In this document: positions 9,332 to 18,570 of the stretch, piece by piece
How the letters are laid out: every line of letters starts with the position of its first letter
How positions within the stretch are numbered: the first letter of the stretch is position 1
NCBI GenBank assembly: GCA_002708305.1
Contig: PANE01000027.1
Span: forward strand, 24,244 to 88,243
Direction of reading: 5' to 3'
Source: Rhodospirillaceae bacterium
Lineage (GTDB): Bacteria > Pseudomonadota > Alphaproteobacteria > Thalassobaculales > Thalassobaculaceae
Length of the DNA stretch: 64,000 bases
The notes under the pieces: generated by a model
Told to the model about the DNA's origin: nothing
Seen by the model: only the letters and a program-made list of their open reading frames with translations
Databases searched by the model: none
Position numbers and translations under genes: made by a program

Positions 9332-9421
9332 GGTTAGGGTTAAATAATCTATCTATGAATTTGTTTTAAAGTGTAGAATTTTAAGTAATGATTAGGTTTG
9401 ATATGTTAAATGGAGGGTTTT

Positions 9422-10357
9422 ATGGCTGGATCGGGTAAAGTTATTATAACGTGTGCTGTTACTGGGGGAATTCACACGCCGACAATGAGCCCCCACTTAC
9501 CAATCACTCCAGATGAAATTGCAGATGCGTCAATTGGAGCTTGGGAAGCTGGTGCTTCAATCATTCATTTGCATGCAAGAGATCCAAAGGATGGCAGTCC
9601 TACTCCGAGCCCAGAAGTTTTTATGGAGTTCCTACCGAGGATAAAGCAATCAACAGATGCTGTTGTCAATATATCTACCGGTGGTGGACACGGTATGACC
9701 GTGGAGGAGCGTTTAGCTGCTGCCCTTGAATCCAGTCCAGAAATGACTTCATTAAATATGGGGTCCATGAACTTTGGTCTTTTCCCAATCTTAGATAAAA
9801 TGAAAGATTTTCAGCATGAATGGGAGCCGCAATATTTAGAAAACTCAAGGGACTTTATTTTTAGAAATACATTTAAAGATATTGAATATATTTTGAAAGA
9901 ATTAGGCGAAGGTCACGGTACTCGGTTTGAATTTGAGTGTTATGATATTGGTCATCTTTATACTTTGGCTCATTTCCTTGACCGTGGGTTAGTCAAACCT
10001 CCTCTATTTGTACAATCAATTTTTGGCATTTTGGGGGGAATAGGCGCTGACGAAGAAAATCTGATGCACGCCAGGCGTATAGCCGATAAATTATTTGGAG
10101 ACCAATACCAGTGGTCTGTGCTTGCTGCAGGAAAGCATCAAATGAATTTTGTGACGATGGCGGCGATGCTTGGAGGTAACGTAAGAGTTGGACTGGAAGA
10201 TAGTTTATATATCTCAAAAGGTAAGTTAGCCGAATCTAATAAAGAGCAGGTTGCTAAAATAAGGCGTATTATAGAAGATCTGTCGTTAGAGGTAGCTTCT
10301 CCAACTGAAGCGAGGGAAATGCTTGGGTTAAAAGGCGGTGACATGGTTAAGTTTTAG
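9422..10357 (+). CDS. beta-keto acid cleavage enzyme (BKACE/DUF849, 3-keto-5-aminohexanoate cleavage family)
   Basis: VIITCAVTGGIHTP, IIHLHARDP and NISTGGG segments are typical of BKACE. The second ATG (9422) has a GGAGGG Shine-Dalgarno just upstream. The ORF track starts at 9410. Confidence 0.85.
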   Translation: MAGSGKVIITCAVTGGIHTPTMSPHLPITPDEIADASIGAWEAGASIIHLHARDPKDGSPTPSPEVFMEFLPRIKQSTDAVVNISTGGGHGMTVEERLAAALESSPEMTSLNMGSMNFGLFPILDKMKDFQHEWEPQYLENSRDFIFRNTFKDIEYILKELGEGHGTRFEFECYDIGHLYTLAHFLDRGLVKPPLFVQSIFGILGGIGADEENLMHARRIADKLFGDQYQWSVLAAGKHQMNFVTMAAMLGGNVRVGLEDSLYISKGKLAESNKEQVAKIRRIIEDLSLEVASPTEAREMLGLKGGDMVKF

Positions 10358-10372
10358 GGATAGGTCACCGTT

Positions 10373-11149
10373 ATTTTTAAATTTAATCGAGCAATTGCTA
10401 GAGTTCCCTCTAAATCAGTGGTTAATGGACTGCGATACACGAACACGGGAATTCCTTGTTTTAACGAAATTGCTAGGGAACACACAAGCTATTTGACGGC
10501 TTTAAAAAAGAATGGTGTACAGGTACATTTGCTCCCCTCGTCCGAGCGTTGGCCAGACTCGCTCTTTGTAGAGGATCCGGCTCTAGTATTTCCACAAGGT
10601 GCTATTATTTTGCGTTCTATTAGGGAAGAAAGAGCTGGGGAGCGTGACTTGATAGAACCGGTTCTCAGGTCAAAATTTGCTAAAGTATTGGAGATCGACA
10701 ATGGTTATGTGGATGGTGGAGACGTACTCTGCACTTCTGATAATGTAATTATCGGGCTTTCGTCCAGAACAACTCAGGAAGGGGCAGAGAGGCTGGTGAA
10801 ATGCCTCTCTAATTTAGGTTTGAGTGGAACAATCACTGATACGCCACATGGGGTTTTGCATTTAAAATCTGATTGTTCTTTGCTTGACGAAAAAACAGTT
10901 TTTGTAACTCCCCGTCTTGCAGTCTCACAGGTCTTTAAGAATTATAAAAAAATAATTACTCCAGAAACAGAATATGCAGCAGCTAATGCAATTAGGATAA
11001 ATTCGTCCGTTTTTGTGAATAAGGATTGTGTTAAGTCCATTGCGTTGCTGAAACAATCAGGTTTTAAAACCACCGCTTTACCTAGTACAGAGATTAGGAA
11101 GTTAGATGGTGGTCTTTCATGTATGAGTTTACGATGGTTAAATTTATAA
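10373..11149 (+). CDS. dimethylarginine dimethylaminohydrolase (DDAH)-like amidinotransferase-fold hydrolase
   Basis: WPDSLFVEDPA, VLHLKSDCS and C-terminal GGLSCMSLRW match the DDAH catalytic His/Cys context. The first canonical start is GTG at 10418. The conserved N-terminus (I)FKFNRAIARVPSKSVVNGL is encoded from an ATT at 10373. Confidence 0.8.
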   Translation: MFKFNRAIARVPSKSVVNGLRYTNTGIPCFNEIAREHTSYLTALKKNGVQVHLLPSSERWPDSLFVEDPALVFPQGAIILRSIREERAGERDLIEPVLRSKFAKVLEIDNGYVDGGDVLCTSDNVIIGLSSRTTQEGAERLVKCLSNLGLSGTITDTPHGVLHLKSDCSLLDEKTVFVTPRLAVSQVFKNYKKIITPETEYAAANAIRINSSVFVNKDCVKSIALLKQSGFKTTALPSTEIRKLDGGLSCMSLRWLNL

Positions 11150-11214
11150 AAAAACTGGGTTTTTTTTCTTTTTATATTATTATTTAACAACATTAATAAC
11201 CTTGGGTATTTTTC

Positions 11215-12042
11215 ATGCTTGCCACTCAATTAACTATTGATCAATTAGCCTCCCGGATCCCAGATGGAGCAAAACTAGCGTTGCCACCGGACTACGCATA
11301 TTGTTCCTTGATTGCCGCGCGTGCACTTATGCGCCGTAAAGCTAAAAATCTCCATTTGGTCGGTGTTCCCTCGCTTGGTTTTCAAGCTGATATGCTGATT
11401 GGAGCCGGGTGCGTTGATATAGTTGAAACAGCGGCAGTTACATTATCTGAGTATGGATTGGCTCCAAGGTTCACGGCTGCTATCAAAGGGGCTAAAATAA
11501 AGATGATGGATGCAACATGTCCTGCAATCCATGCAGCCCTGCAAGCATCTGAAAAAGGGATACCTTTCATACCTTTAAGAGGGTTAATTGGTAGCGATAT
11601 TCTGGCCCATCGAGAGGATTGGAAAGTTGGGAAAAACCCCTTTGCAGAGAATGATCCTATAGTTTATCTACCAGCATTAAAACCAGATGTTGCCCTAATA
11701 CATGCACCGGTTGGAGACAAATATGGTAATGTATGGGTCGGGGTTAGGCGAGAACAAATGTTGATGGCTCATGCTGCATCAGAGACTTTTGTGACTGTAG
11801 AAGAAATTGTTGATGGGAACCTCATGGATGATCTAAAAATGAAAGCGGGGACCATACCAGGCCTTTATATCAGTGGAATAACTGAATCGGATAAAGGCGC
11901 CTGGCCATTGGGAATTCCCGGAGGGTATAACGCTGATCATGAGCATTTAAGGCGCTATGTAGACCTCGCGCAAACTGATGAGGGGTTTCAACAGTATATG
12001 GACGAGTTTATAACGGAAGCCTCATCTGAGGCTGCCGAATAA
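11215..12042 (+). CDS. class I CoA-transferase subunit A (glutaconate/3-oxoacid CoA-transferase-like)
   Basis: 275 aa with family-like segments (IPDGAKLALPP, GAGCVD, VALIHAPVGDKYGNV). Immediately followed by a subunit-B-like gene. Confidence 0.7.
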   Translation: MLATQLTIDQLASRIPDGAKLALPPDYAYCSLIAARALMRRKAKNLHLVGVPSLGFQADMLIGAGCVDIVETAAVTLSEYGLAPRFTAAIKGAKIKMMDATCPAIHAALQASEKGIPFIPLRGLIGSDILAHREDWKVGKNPFAENDPIVYLPALKPDVALIHAPVGDKYGNVWVGVRREQMLMAHAASETFVTVEEIVDGNLMDDLKMKAGTIPGLYISGITESDKGAWPLGIPGGYNADHEHLRRYVDLAQTDEGFQQYMDEFITEASSEAAE

Positions 12043-12046
12043 CGAT

Positions 12047-12790
12047 ATGAAAGCCGTTGTCCCAGAAGAAATTCTCATAAATGCCATCGCAGCAAACCTG
12101 GATGGACTGAAGCATGTTGCAGTTGGTGCATCTTCCCCTATACCAGGTGCAGCTGCTCTTTTAGCTCGATCCCGAAGTCAGGGTAGAATGAGGGTCTCGA
12201 TTCTTGGGAGTGAGGATAATAACTTTTTCAGCGATGGTGGAAAAGAAATTTTTGATGTGGCAGGACAGGGACGGATGGATGCTTTCTTCCTGAGTGGCGC
12301 TCAAATTGATGGAAAAGCTAATGTAAACCTAGTCTCGGTTGGTGAGTATCAACAACCCAAGGCTCGGTTTCCAGGGTCGTTTGGGTCCGGTTACCTTTAT
12401 TTTGTAGTCCCACGCGTAATTCTTTTTCGTTTGGAACATACTCCAAGAACGCTGGTCGAAGAAGTTGATTTTATAAGTGCTCCAGGGTTTTCTGACGCCA
12501 ATGTGTATAGACCAGGCGGCCCTCACAAGCTGATTACCGATCGATGTTTATTTGATGTTGATAAAAAGCGTAAATGTTTCCGTTTGGAAAGTATTCATCC
12601 CGGTCATAGCGTAGATGAGATTCATGAACAGACTGGGTTTAAATTTGATTTACCAGAGGGGGAAATCCCAGAAACAAGCACCCCAAATACTGATATTTTG
12701 AGTATAATTCGAGGTGAAGTCGCGAGCGAGATTTCTGAAATTTATCCCGCATTTGCCGCTCGTGTCTTTGGTGTAAATAGTACTGTTTAA
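12047..12790 (+). CDS. class I CoA-transferase subunit B-like
   Basis: 247 aa, starting 4 nt after the subunit A stop. Has a glutaconate CoA-transferase beta-like character (GASSPIPGAAALLA, GAQIDGKANVNL). Confidence 0.65.
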   Translation: MKAVVPEEILINAIAANLDGLKHVAVGASSPIPGAAALLARSRSQGRMRVSILGSEDNNFFSDGGKEIFDVAGQGRMDAFFLSGAQIDGKANVNLVSVGEYQQPKARFPGSFGSGYLYFVVPRVILFRLEHTPRTLVEEVDFISAPGFSDANVYRPGGPHKLITDRCLFDVDKKRKCFRLESIHPGHSVDEIHEQTGFKFDLPEGEIPETSTPNTDILSIIRGEVASEISEIYPAFAARVFGVNSTV

Positions 12791-12842
12791 GCTTTCCCAA
12801 TTATTTTAATAATAGTTTTGAATAAAAAGGTGTTGGTTAATT

Positions 12843-14054
12843 ATGGTCGTAAAAAACTCTGGTGGGTCACTTGAAGGTACAAAAATTATAGATTGCACAA
12901 GGGTACTCGGGGGGCCTTATTGCACTCAAATGCTTGGTGACCATGGAGCAGAGATTATTAAGATTGAACCGCCTCAAGGTGACGAAGTGAGAGACTGGGG
13001 CCCCCCGTTCCATGATGAAGATGCGGCTTATTTCATTGGGGTAAATCGAAATAAGAAGTCGATAGGTCTGGATTTACGCACAGAAGCAGGTAAAGCAGTT
13101 CTGCTGCGTTTATTGGAAGATGCGGATGTCATTATTGAAAATTACAAAACAGGGTCTATGGAGCGTTGGGGATTAGGTTATGAGGAGGTTTTAAGTAAAA
13201 AATTTCCGAAGCTAGTGCACTGTCGGATCTCAGGTTTTGGAGCCGATGGTCCGTATGGAGGCTTCCCTGGCTATGATGGTATTATCCAGGCTATGGTCGG
13301 GCATTTTTCAGTAAATGGAAACCCTGATTCGGGTCCAACACGTTTAGGCCTTGCAATGGTGGATATCGGAACAGGGTTGTATGCTGGTAATGCTATTTTA
13401 ATGGCATTGTTGGAAAGAGAACGTTCTGGAATTGGCCAATATCTTGATATGACACTTTATGACTGTGGATTATCTTTAATGCACCCTCACGTGCCTAATT
13501 ATTTTACATCTGGGGGTAAAGTGCCAGGTTTAACAGGTAATTCTCACCCAAACATCGCTCCCTACGATCTGTTCGACACCAAAACTTGCCAAATATTTAT
13601 TGCAGGCGGAAATGACAGAGCCTGGAGGCGGTTATGTAAGGAGGTCGGTAGACCCGAACTAGGAGAAGACCCCAGGTTTTTAACGAATAGCGATCGGCAA
13701 ACTAATAAGGCAGACTTAAAGGAAGAATTAAAAGGTGTATTCGCTGACGTAGATGGTGAGGTGTTTTGTGAGAAACTTCTGGCTGCTGGCTTGCCAGTTG
13801 GCCCAATACGAAATACGCATGATGCAATTAATAATCCTCATACTATCCATCGAGGCATGCGAGTTGAAAAGGATTGGTACAAGAGTTGGGGGATACCAAT
13901 AAAGTTTTCTCGCACTCCGGGCTCTGTTAAAAGTGTTCCCCCAAAATTTGGAGAACACGGAAAAGAAATATTAGAATCGCATGGTTTTTCTAAACCTGAA
14001 ATTGATAATTTACTTAGAGATGAAGTGTTACTTGAAAAACGAAAAAAAGTTTAA
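12843..14054 (+). CDS. class III (CaiB/BaiF family) CoA-transferase
   Basis: 403 aa. LEGTKIIDCTRVLGGPYCTQMLGDHGAEIIKIEPP and IENYKTGSMERWGLGYE are typical of the family. Confidence 0.85.
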   Translation: MVVKNSGGSLEGTKIIDCTRVLGGPYCTQMLGDHGAEIIKIEPPQGDEVRDWGPPFHDEDAAYFIGVNRNKKSIGLDLRTEAGKAVLLRLLEDADVIIENYKTGSMERWGLGYEEVLSKKFPKLVHCRISGFGADGPYGGFPGYDGIIQAMVGHFSVNGNPDSGPTRLGLAMVDIGTGLYAGNAILMALLERERSGIGQYLDMTLYDCGLSLMHPHVPNYFTSGGKVPGLTGNSHPNIAPYDLFDTKTCQIFIAGGNDRAWRRLCKEVGRPELGEDPRFLTNSDRQTNKADLKEELKGVFADVDGEVFCEKLLAAGLPVGPIRNTHDAINNPHTIHRGMRVEKDWYKSWGIPIKFSRTPGSVKSVPPKFGEHGKEILESHGFSKPEIDNLLRDEVLLEKRKKV

Positions 14055-14059
14055 AATTC

Positions 14060-14479
14060 ATGGAGGCGAAGATGAACAAGATAACTAAAACAGAGCCTGA
14101 GTGGCAGGCTCAATTAGATGATATTCAGTATCAGGTAACGCGGAAACATGCGACGGAACCAGCTTGGTCTGGGAAATATGCAACCAATAAAGACTCTGGG
14201 ATTTATAATTGTGTTTGCTGTGGTGAAGCTTTGTTTGATAGCGTTACAAAATATGAGTCTGGAAGTGGTTGGCCAAGCTTCTATGCTCCTATAACAGAAA
14301 CAATAGTAGAAACCACCGTTGACAAGAGTTTTGGTATGGTACGAACCGAAGCACACTGCGCCAAATGTGATGCTCACTTGGGCCATATTTTTGATGATGG
14401 CCCGGATCCAACCGGGTTAAGGTATTGTATGAATTCAGCGTCGCTCAACCTTGTTATTAAGAATAATAAATCCGATTAA
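14060..14479 (+). CDS. msrB: peptide-methionine (R)-S-oxide reductase MsrB
   Basis: 139 aa. Two CxxC zinc motifs (CVCCGE, CAKCDAHLGH), GSGWPSF, and the catalytic RYCMNS. Confidence 0.9.
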   Translation: MEAKMNKITKTEPEWQAQLDDIQYQVTRKHATEPAWSGKYATNKDSGIYNCVCCGEALFDSVTKYESGSGWPSFYAPITETIVETTVDKSFGMVRTEAHCAKCDAHLGHIFDDGPDPTGLRYCMNSASLNLVIKNNKSD

Positions 14480-14529
14480 CTAGTTTTTGTTATAATAAAA
14501 TAAATTCATTTTTATAGAAAAATGTAACT

Positions 14530-15480
14530 ATGCCTAAAATTGCTATCCTCGATGATTACACAAATGCTGCCCTGTCATCTGCTGATTGGACTATTTTACC
14601 AGATAACTATGGAATAAAGGTTTTTAACGATAACCTTATTGAACCATGTGCACTGGTTGAAAGGTTGAGGGAATTTGATGTTGTTTGCGCGATGCGGGAG
14701 CGTACTCCTTTTCCTGCAACAGTGTTTGAGTCTTTGCCAAATCTTAAATTATTTATAACAACAGGTATGCGAAATGCCGCAGTTGATGTAAGTGCTGCCA
14801 ATAAAAATGGTATTACCGTTTGTGGGACAAGTGGTTCTGGAATGTCGACGCCAGAGCAAACATGGGCGTTATTGCAAGCATGTGCTCGGAACATAGTGCA
14901 CGACGCGGTGATGATGCGCGATGGGAAATGGCAAACTGAGATTGGAGTTGAATTATTTGGCAGGACACTTGGGCTTTTAGGGTTAGGTAGAATAGGGGGC
15001 CGGGTTGCCGAATATGCGAAAGCATTTGGTATGAATATTATTGCCTGGAGCCAGAACCTGTCAAAAGAGCGTTGCGATGAATGTGGCGTAACTCTGGTTT
15101 CTAAAGAAGAGCTTTTCGAGAAATCGGATTTTCTGAGTATACACCTAGTTTTAAGTGGCAGAAGTCGCGGGCTCGTATCAGCGGAGAACCTAGCGCAAAT
15201 GAAAAATAGTGCGTTTTTAATTAATACTTCTAGAGGCCCAATTGTAGATGAAAAAGCGCTTTTAAAGTCACTAAAGGAAAAAGAAATAAAAGGTGCAGGT
15301 ATCGATGTTTTCGGCATAGAACCATTACCGACAGAGAGCGAACTACGAAAACTTGATAATGTATTATTAACCCCGCATACAGGTTATTTTACAGAGGAGT
15401 CGTACGAGATATTTCATCAACAAATCATTGAAAATATTTTATGTTGGCACGATGGTAAGCCAATCCGACGATTAACATGA
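14530..15480 (+). CDS. D-isomer-specific 2-hydroxyacid dehydrogenase
   Basis: 316 aa. NAD-binding GLLGLGRIGGRVA, the NTSRG segment and LTPHTGY are typical of the family. Confidence 0.85.
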   Translation: MPKIAILDDYTNAALSSADWTILPDNYGIKVFNDNLIEPCALVERLREFDVVCAMRERTPFPATVFESLPNLKLFITTGMRNAAVDVSAANKNGITVCGTSGSGMSTPEQTWALLQACARNIVHDAVMMRDGKWQTEIGVELFGRTLGLLGLGRIGGRVAEYAKAFGMNIIAWSQNLSKERCDECGVTLVSKEELFEKSDFLSIHLVLSGRSRGLVSAENLAQMKNSAFLINTSRGPIVDEKALLKSLKEKEIKGAGIDVFGIEPLPTESELRKLDNVLLTPHTGYFTEESYEIFHQQIIENILCWHDGKPIRRLT

Positions 15481-15491
15481 ATTATAAAAGT

Positions 15492-15839
15492 TTACAGTAT
15501 ATCTAAGATAGACTCTGCCGGTCGTCCAATGGTTACTTGGCCTCCTGAGATTATTATAGGGCGCTCGATAAGAATTGGATTATCTATCATAGCATTCACT
15601 AAATCATCATCCGTTTTTCCATCACTTCCTAAGTCTAAATCTTTATATATTTGCTCGTTTTTCCGCAGTAGTTGCCTTGGTTTGTATCCTAATTTTAGCA
15701 AAATGTCTTTTAACTCGGAGACAGTAGGGGGATTTTTTAAGTATTCTACTATATCTGTATCAATATTTTTCTCATGCAGAAGGCTGAGGGCTTGGCGTGA
15801 TTTTGAGCATCGTGGATTATGATAAATTATTACTGACAT
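15492..15839 (-). CDS. arsC: ArsC-family (glutaredoxin-type) arsenate reductase
   Basis: 115 aa, colinear with E. coli ArsC (IYHNPRCSKSR, LLRKNE, ILIERPII, GRPAESILDIL). The Cys12 and Arg60/94/107 equivalents are present. Confidence 0.75.
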   Translation of the reverse strand: MSVIIYHNPRCSKSRQALSLLHEKNIDTDIVEYLKNPPTVSELKDILLKLGYKPRQLLRKNEQIYKDLDLGSDGKTDDDLVNAMIDNPILIERPIIISGGQVTIGRPAESILDIL

Positions 15840-15929
15840 TTTTTCCTCGTCCAGAATTTTAAATGTTTATACAATCATTGGTATCTGGCAGTAACATTTA
15901 TTTATATTATAAGCATTGAGGGGGTTCCA

Positions 15930-16937
15930 ATGATATATAATAGTTTGGGGCGGTCGGGCCTAAAGGTTTCAGAATTGTGTCTTGGTACAATGCTTTTTGG
16001 CAGGGAGACTAATGCTAGAGATAGTCAAGCAATCATTACGTCTGCATTAGATATTGGTATAAACTTTATAGACACTGCCGATGCTTATGTTGGGGGAGAG
16101 TCGGAAAAACTAATTGGACGATTTATAAAGACAACTAGGAACCAATGGATACTGGCAACTAAGTTAGCTAACAAAATGAGTGAAGCTTCAAATAGTGGTG
16201 GACTATCAAGAAAATGGGTTGTTGAGGCTTGTGAGAACTCTCTTAAGCGGTTGAGAACTGATTATATTGACATTTATTACCTACACAAAGAAGATCCCAT
16301 AACTCCTTTAGATGAGACGTTAAGGGCGATAGGGCTCCTAATGGCACAGGGGAAAATTCGCTATTTTGGGGTATCTAATTATCGATCTTGGCGAGTTGCT
16401 GAGATTTGTAATATCTGTGATCGTTTAGGAATAGACCGTCCAATAGTCAGCCAGCCATATTATAATGCTATGAATCGCATGCCGGAAACAGAGCACATCC
16501 CGGCATGTTCCTATTATGGTATTGGAGTGGTGCCATATAGTCCTCTTGCTCGAGGTTTATTAACTGGGAAATATAGAAAAAATGAGCTGCCCGAAAGAGA
16601 TAGTAGGGTTGCCCGAAATGATAGACGTATTATGCAAACGGAGTGGCGCCCTGAGTCTCTAGAGATTATCGAAAAGATAAACGCGTATGCTCAGAAGAGA
16701 GGTGTTACTCCGATAGATATTGCTATCCAATGGCTTCTGAATAATAAATTAGTCCACTCCATTGTTGCAGGGCCAAGGACCTTAACTCAGTGGCAATCGT
16801 ATATAAGTGCTTTGGAGTATAAGTATACCAATGAAGATGAAAAACTTATAAATAGCTTTGTGACGAGTGGGCATTCATCAAGTCCGGGGTATAACGATCC
16901 AGCTTATCCTGTCGAAGGTAGGTATAGTAAAGTTTAA
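15930..16937 (+). CDS. aldo/keto reductase
   Basis: 335 aa. GLKVSELCLGTMLFG, FIDTADAY and IDIYYLHKED are typical AKR (Tas/YajO-like) segments. Confidence 0.85.
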   Translation: MIYNSLGRSGLKVSELCLGTMLFGRETNARDSQAIITSALDIGINFIDTADAYVGGESEKLIGRFIKTTRNQWILATKLANKMSEASNSGGLSRKWVVEACENSLKRLRTDYIDIYYLHKEDPITPLDETLRAIGLLMAQGKIRYFGVSNYRSWRVAEICNICDRLGIDRPIVSQPYYNAMNRMPETEHIPACSYYGIGVVPYSPLARGLLTGKYRKNELPERDSRVARNDRRIMQTEWRPESLEIIEKINAYAQKRGVTPIDIAIQWLLNNKLVHSIVAGPRTLTQWQSYISALEYKYTNEDEKLINSFVTSGHSSSPGYNDPAYPVEGRYSKV

Positions 16938-16974
16938 AACGTGTTTCTGTTAGTCCTTGAAGTTGATCTTTAAT

Positions 16975-18462
16975 TTACCTTAAAGTCTGAGTCGCGGCGC
17001 TTTTGCCAGCTATCCTTCCGAACACTGCTCCCGACACTAATCCGGTTCCACCGGGGTAGTTAAAATGAAATAGGCCTCCTACCATTTCCCCACAGCAATA
17101 TAAGCCGGGTATTGGGCGCCAATCTGTTCCTATCACTTGTGCTTTTTCGTTAACTTTTAATCCTCCAAATGTAAAGGTGATGCCTCCGGTTGATGAATAA
17201 GCCACAAATGGTGGTTTATCTAATCTGAGGGCCCAATTCGTCTTATTTGGTTTTAGGTTGGTAGTGGTTAATCCATCCTTCACCGTAGGGTCGAAATTCC
17301 CCTCATCACAGGCGGCTTCGTTGAAAGCATTAAGGGTCATTAAAGCTTGGGGTTTATTATCAAGTTCTAACAAATCTACTAGTTCTTTTAACGTATTTGC
17401 ATGGATAGGGTTGCTAGTGCTGTATCTAGGCTCCAGAAGATGAATTGTTTTTTGATCAAAGACTTGCCATGCAAGCGATCCCGGTTGGCGAAGAATCTCC
17501 CCACCATATTTGGCATACGTGTACAAACCAAGGTCTTCACCTTCATCACAAAATCGAAGGCCATCCCTATTTATCATGACGCCGAACGGGTATGAAAGTC
17601 TATTGGATTTATCAGTTCTTCCTCTATCGGCAAAATCTGGCCATTCATTTGATATAGGTGTTGAGTGGCGCCCGGACCATTGGCCCCAAGGTAATGCACC
17701 CATAGCCAGGGCCATTCTAAGGCCATCGCCTTGGTTATGGGCTGTACCTCGTACTTTTGCATGATCCCATGGTGCGGCTAAATATTGAGATCGCCATTGA
17801 GCATTAGCCTCAAAGCCTCCGCAACCAAGAATTACCGCTGAGGCAGTAACCTCATCTAACCCGTTGGGGCCTTTGACTACCACTCCCTGAATTAACCCTT
17901 TCTTATCGCGAATTAGGTCATCGGCTGCAGTTTCATACCTTACTTCTATTGAGTTTTTCTCTGTTGTTTTAAACCAATTGGTAGAGAGACCAATACCCTC
18001 ATGTTCAGCACGGATTATCGCTCCTTTTTGCCATTTTATGCGATTTCCTACTTTGATTCCTGAAAGGGTGGACGCTGGTTCCATTGGGATCCCACCGACT
18101 TCGTGCGCCCATTTTATTGCTTCAAAAGAATTATCTATTAAGATTGTAGAGAGTTCGCGGTCGGTTTTGTTATGAGTAACTCGTAATAAGTCAGACCACA
18201 TATCCTCTTTTGTGTAGGGTAGAACGTCTTCGTAAAACCCTGGAATTATATCCCCTGCGTTGGGTACCATTGCCTTTAGTTGGCGGGGGTCATCAAAAGC
18301 TATCCTAAAGAGGCCTCCTGAAAAGAAAGTGTTTCCACCCCTCTCTTTTCTATTTGCTTTTTCTAAAACTAAAACCTTTTTTGCCCCGGCTTCCTTAGCT
18401 GAATTAGCTGCGGCAAGGGCCGCATTTCCGGCTCCAACAACAACAACATCATAATCAGGCAT
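16975..18462 (-). CDS. FAD-binding dehydrogenase (fumarate reductase flavoprotein-like, TcuA-like)
   Basis: DVVVVGAGNAALAAA dinucleotide fold and C-terminal GLYCCGEMVGG. The ORF-track start at 18477 is TTG. The ATG at 18462 has a GGAGAG Shine-Dalgarno 7 nt upstream. Confidence 0.75.
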   Translation of the reverse strand: MPDYDVVVVGAGNAALAAANSAKEAGAKKVLVLEKANRKERGGNTFFSGGLFRIAFDDPRQLKAMVPNAGDIIPGFYEDVLPYTKEDMWSDLLRVTHNKTDRELSTILIDNSFEAIKWAHEVGGIPMEPASTLSGIKVGNRIKWQKGAIIRAEHEGIGLSTNWFKTTEKNSIEVRYETAADDLIRDKKGLIQGVVVKGPNGLDEVTASAVILGCGGFEANAQWRSQYLAAPWDHAKVRGTAHNQGDGLRMALAMGALPWGQWSGRHSTPISNEWPDFADRGRTDKSNRLSYPFGVMINRDGLRFCDEGEDLGLYTYAKYGGEILRQPGSLAWQVFDQKTIHLLEPRYSTSNPIHANTLKELVDLLELDNKPQALMTLNAFNEAACDEGNFDPTVKDGLTTTNLKPNKTNWALRLDKPPFVAYSSTGGITFTFGGLKVNEKAQVIGTDWRPIPGLYCCGEMVGGLFHFNYPGGTGLVSGAVFGRIAGKSAATQTLR

Positions 18463-18570
18463 CGCAATACTCTCCAAATTCTCTAGCTCTTGTTATCATA
18501 GTTTTAACGACTAGAAGATAAATGGATCTTGAAATTGCAAATTAATCTTTATAGTGATTTTTGTTAATAA

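Noticed and set aside
10355-10363. BKACE and the DDAH-like gene are in the same reading frame, suggesting stop-codon readthrough or a split fusion protein.
   Set aside because: Two TAG codons (10355 and 10361) separate them. A Shine-Dalgarno-like GGGATAGG lies in the spacer. The DDAH homology starts exactly at a position equivalent to Met1 of stand-alone DDAH enzymes. Independent initiation is far more likely.
14607-15317. A 236-aa ORF antisense to the D-2-hydroxyacid dehydrogenase gene, unusually long for AT-rich DNA.
   Set aside because: Its translation is Ser/Pro/Arg-rich and low in complexity, with no motifs. The sense strand carries an unambiguous dehydrogenase with an NAD-binding motif. 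Long shadow ORFs in the antisense frame of genes with strong codon periodicity are common.
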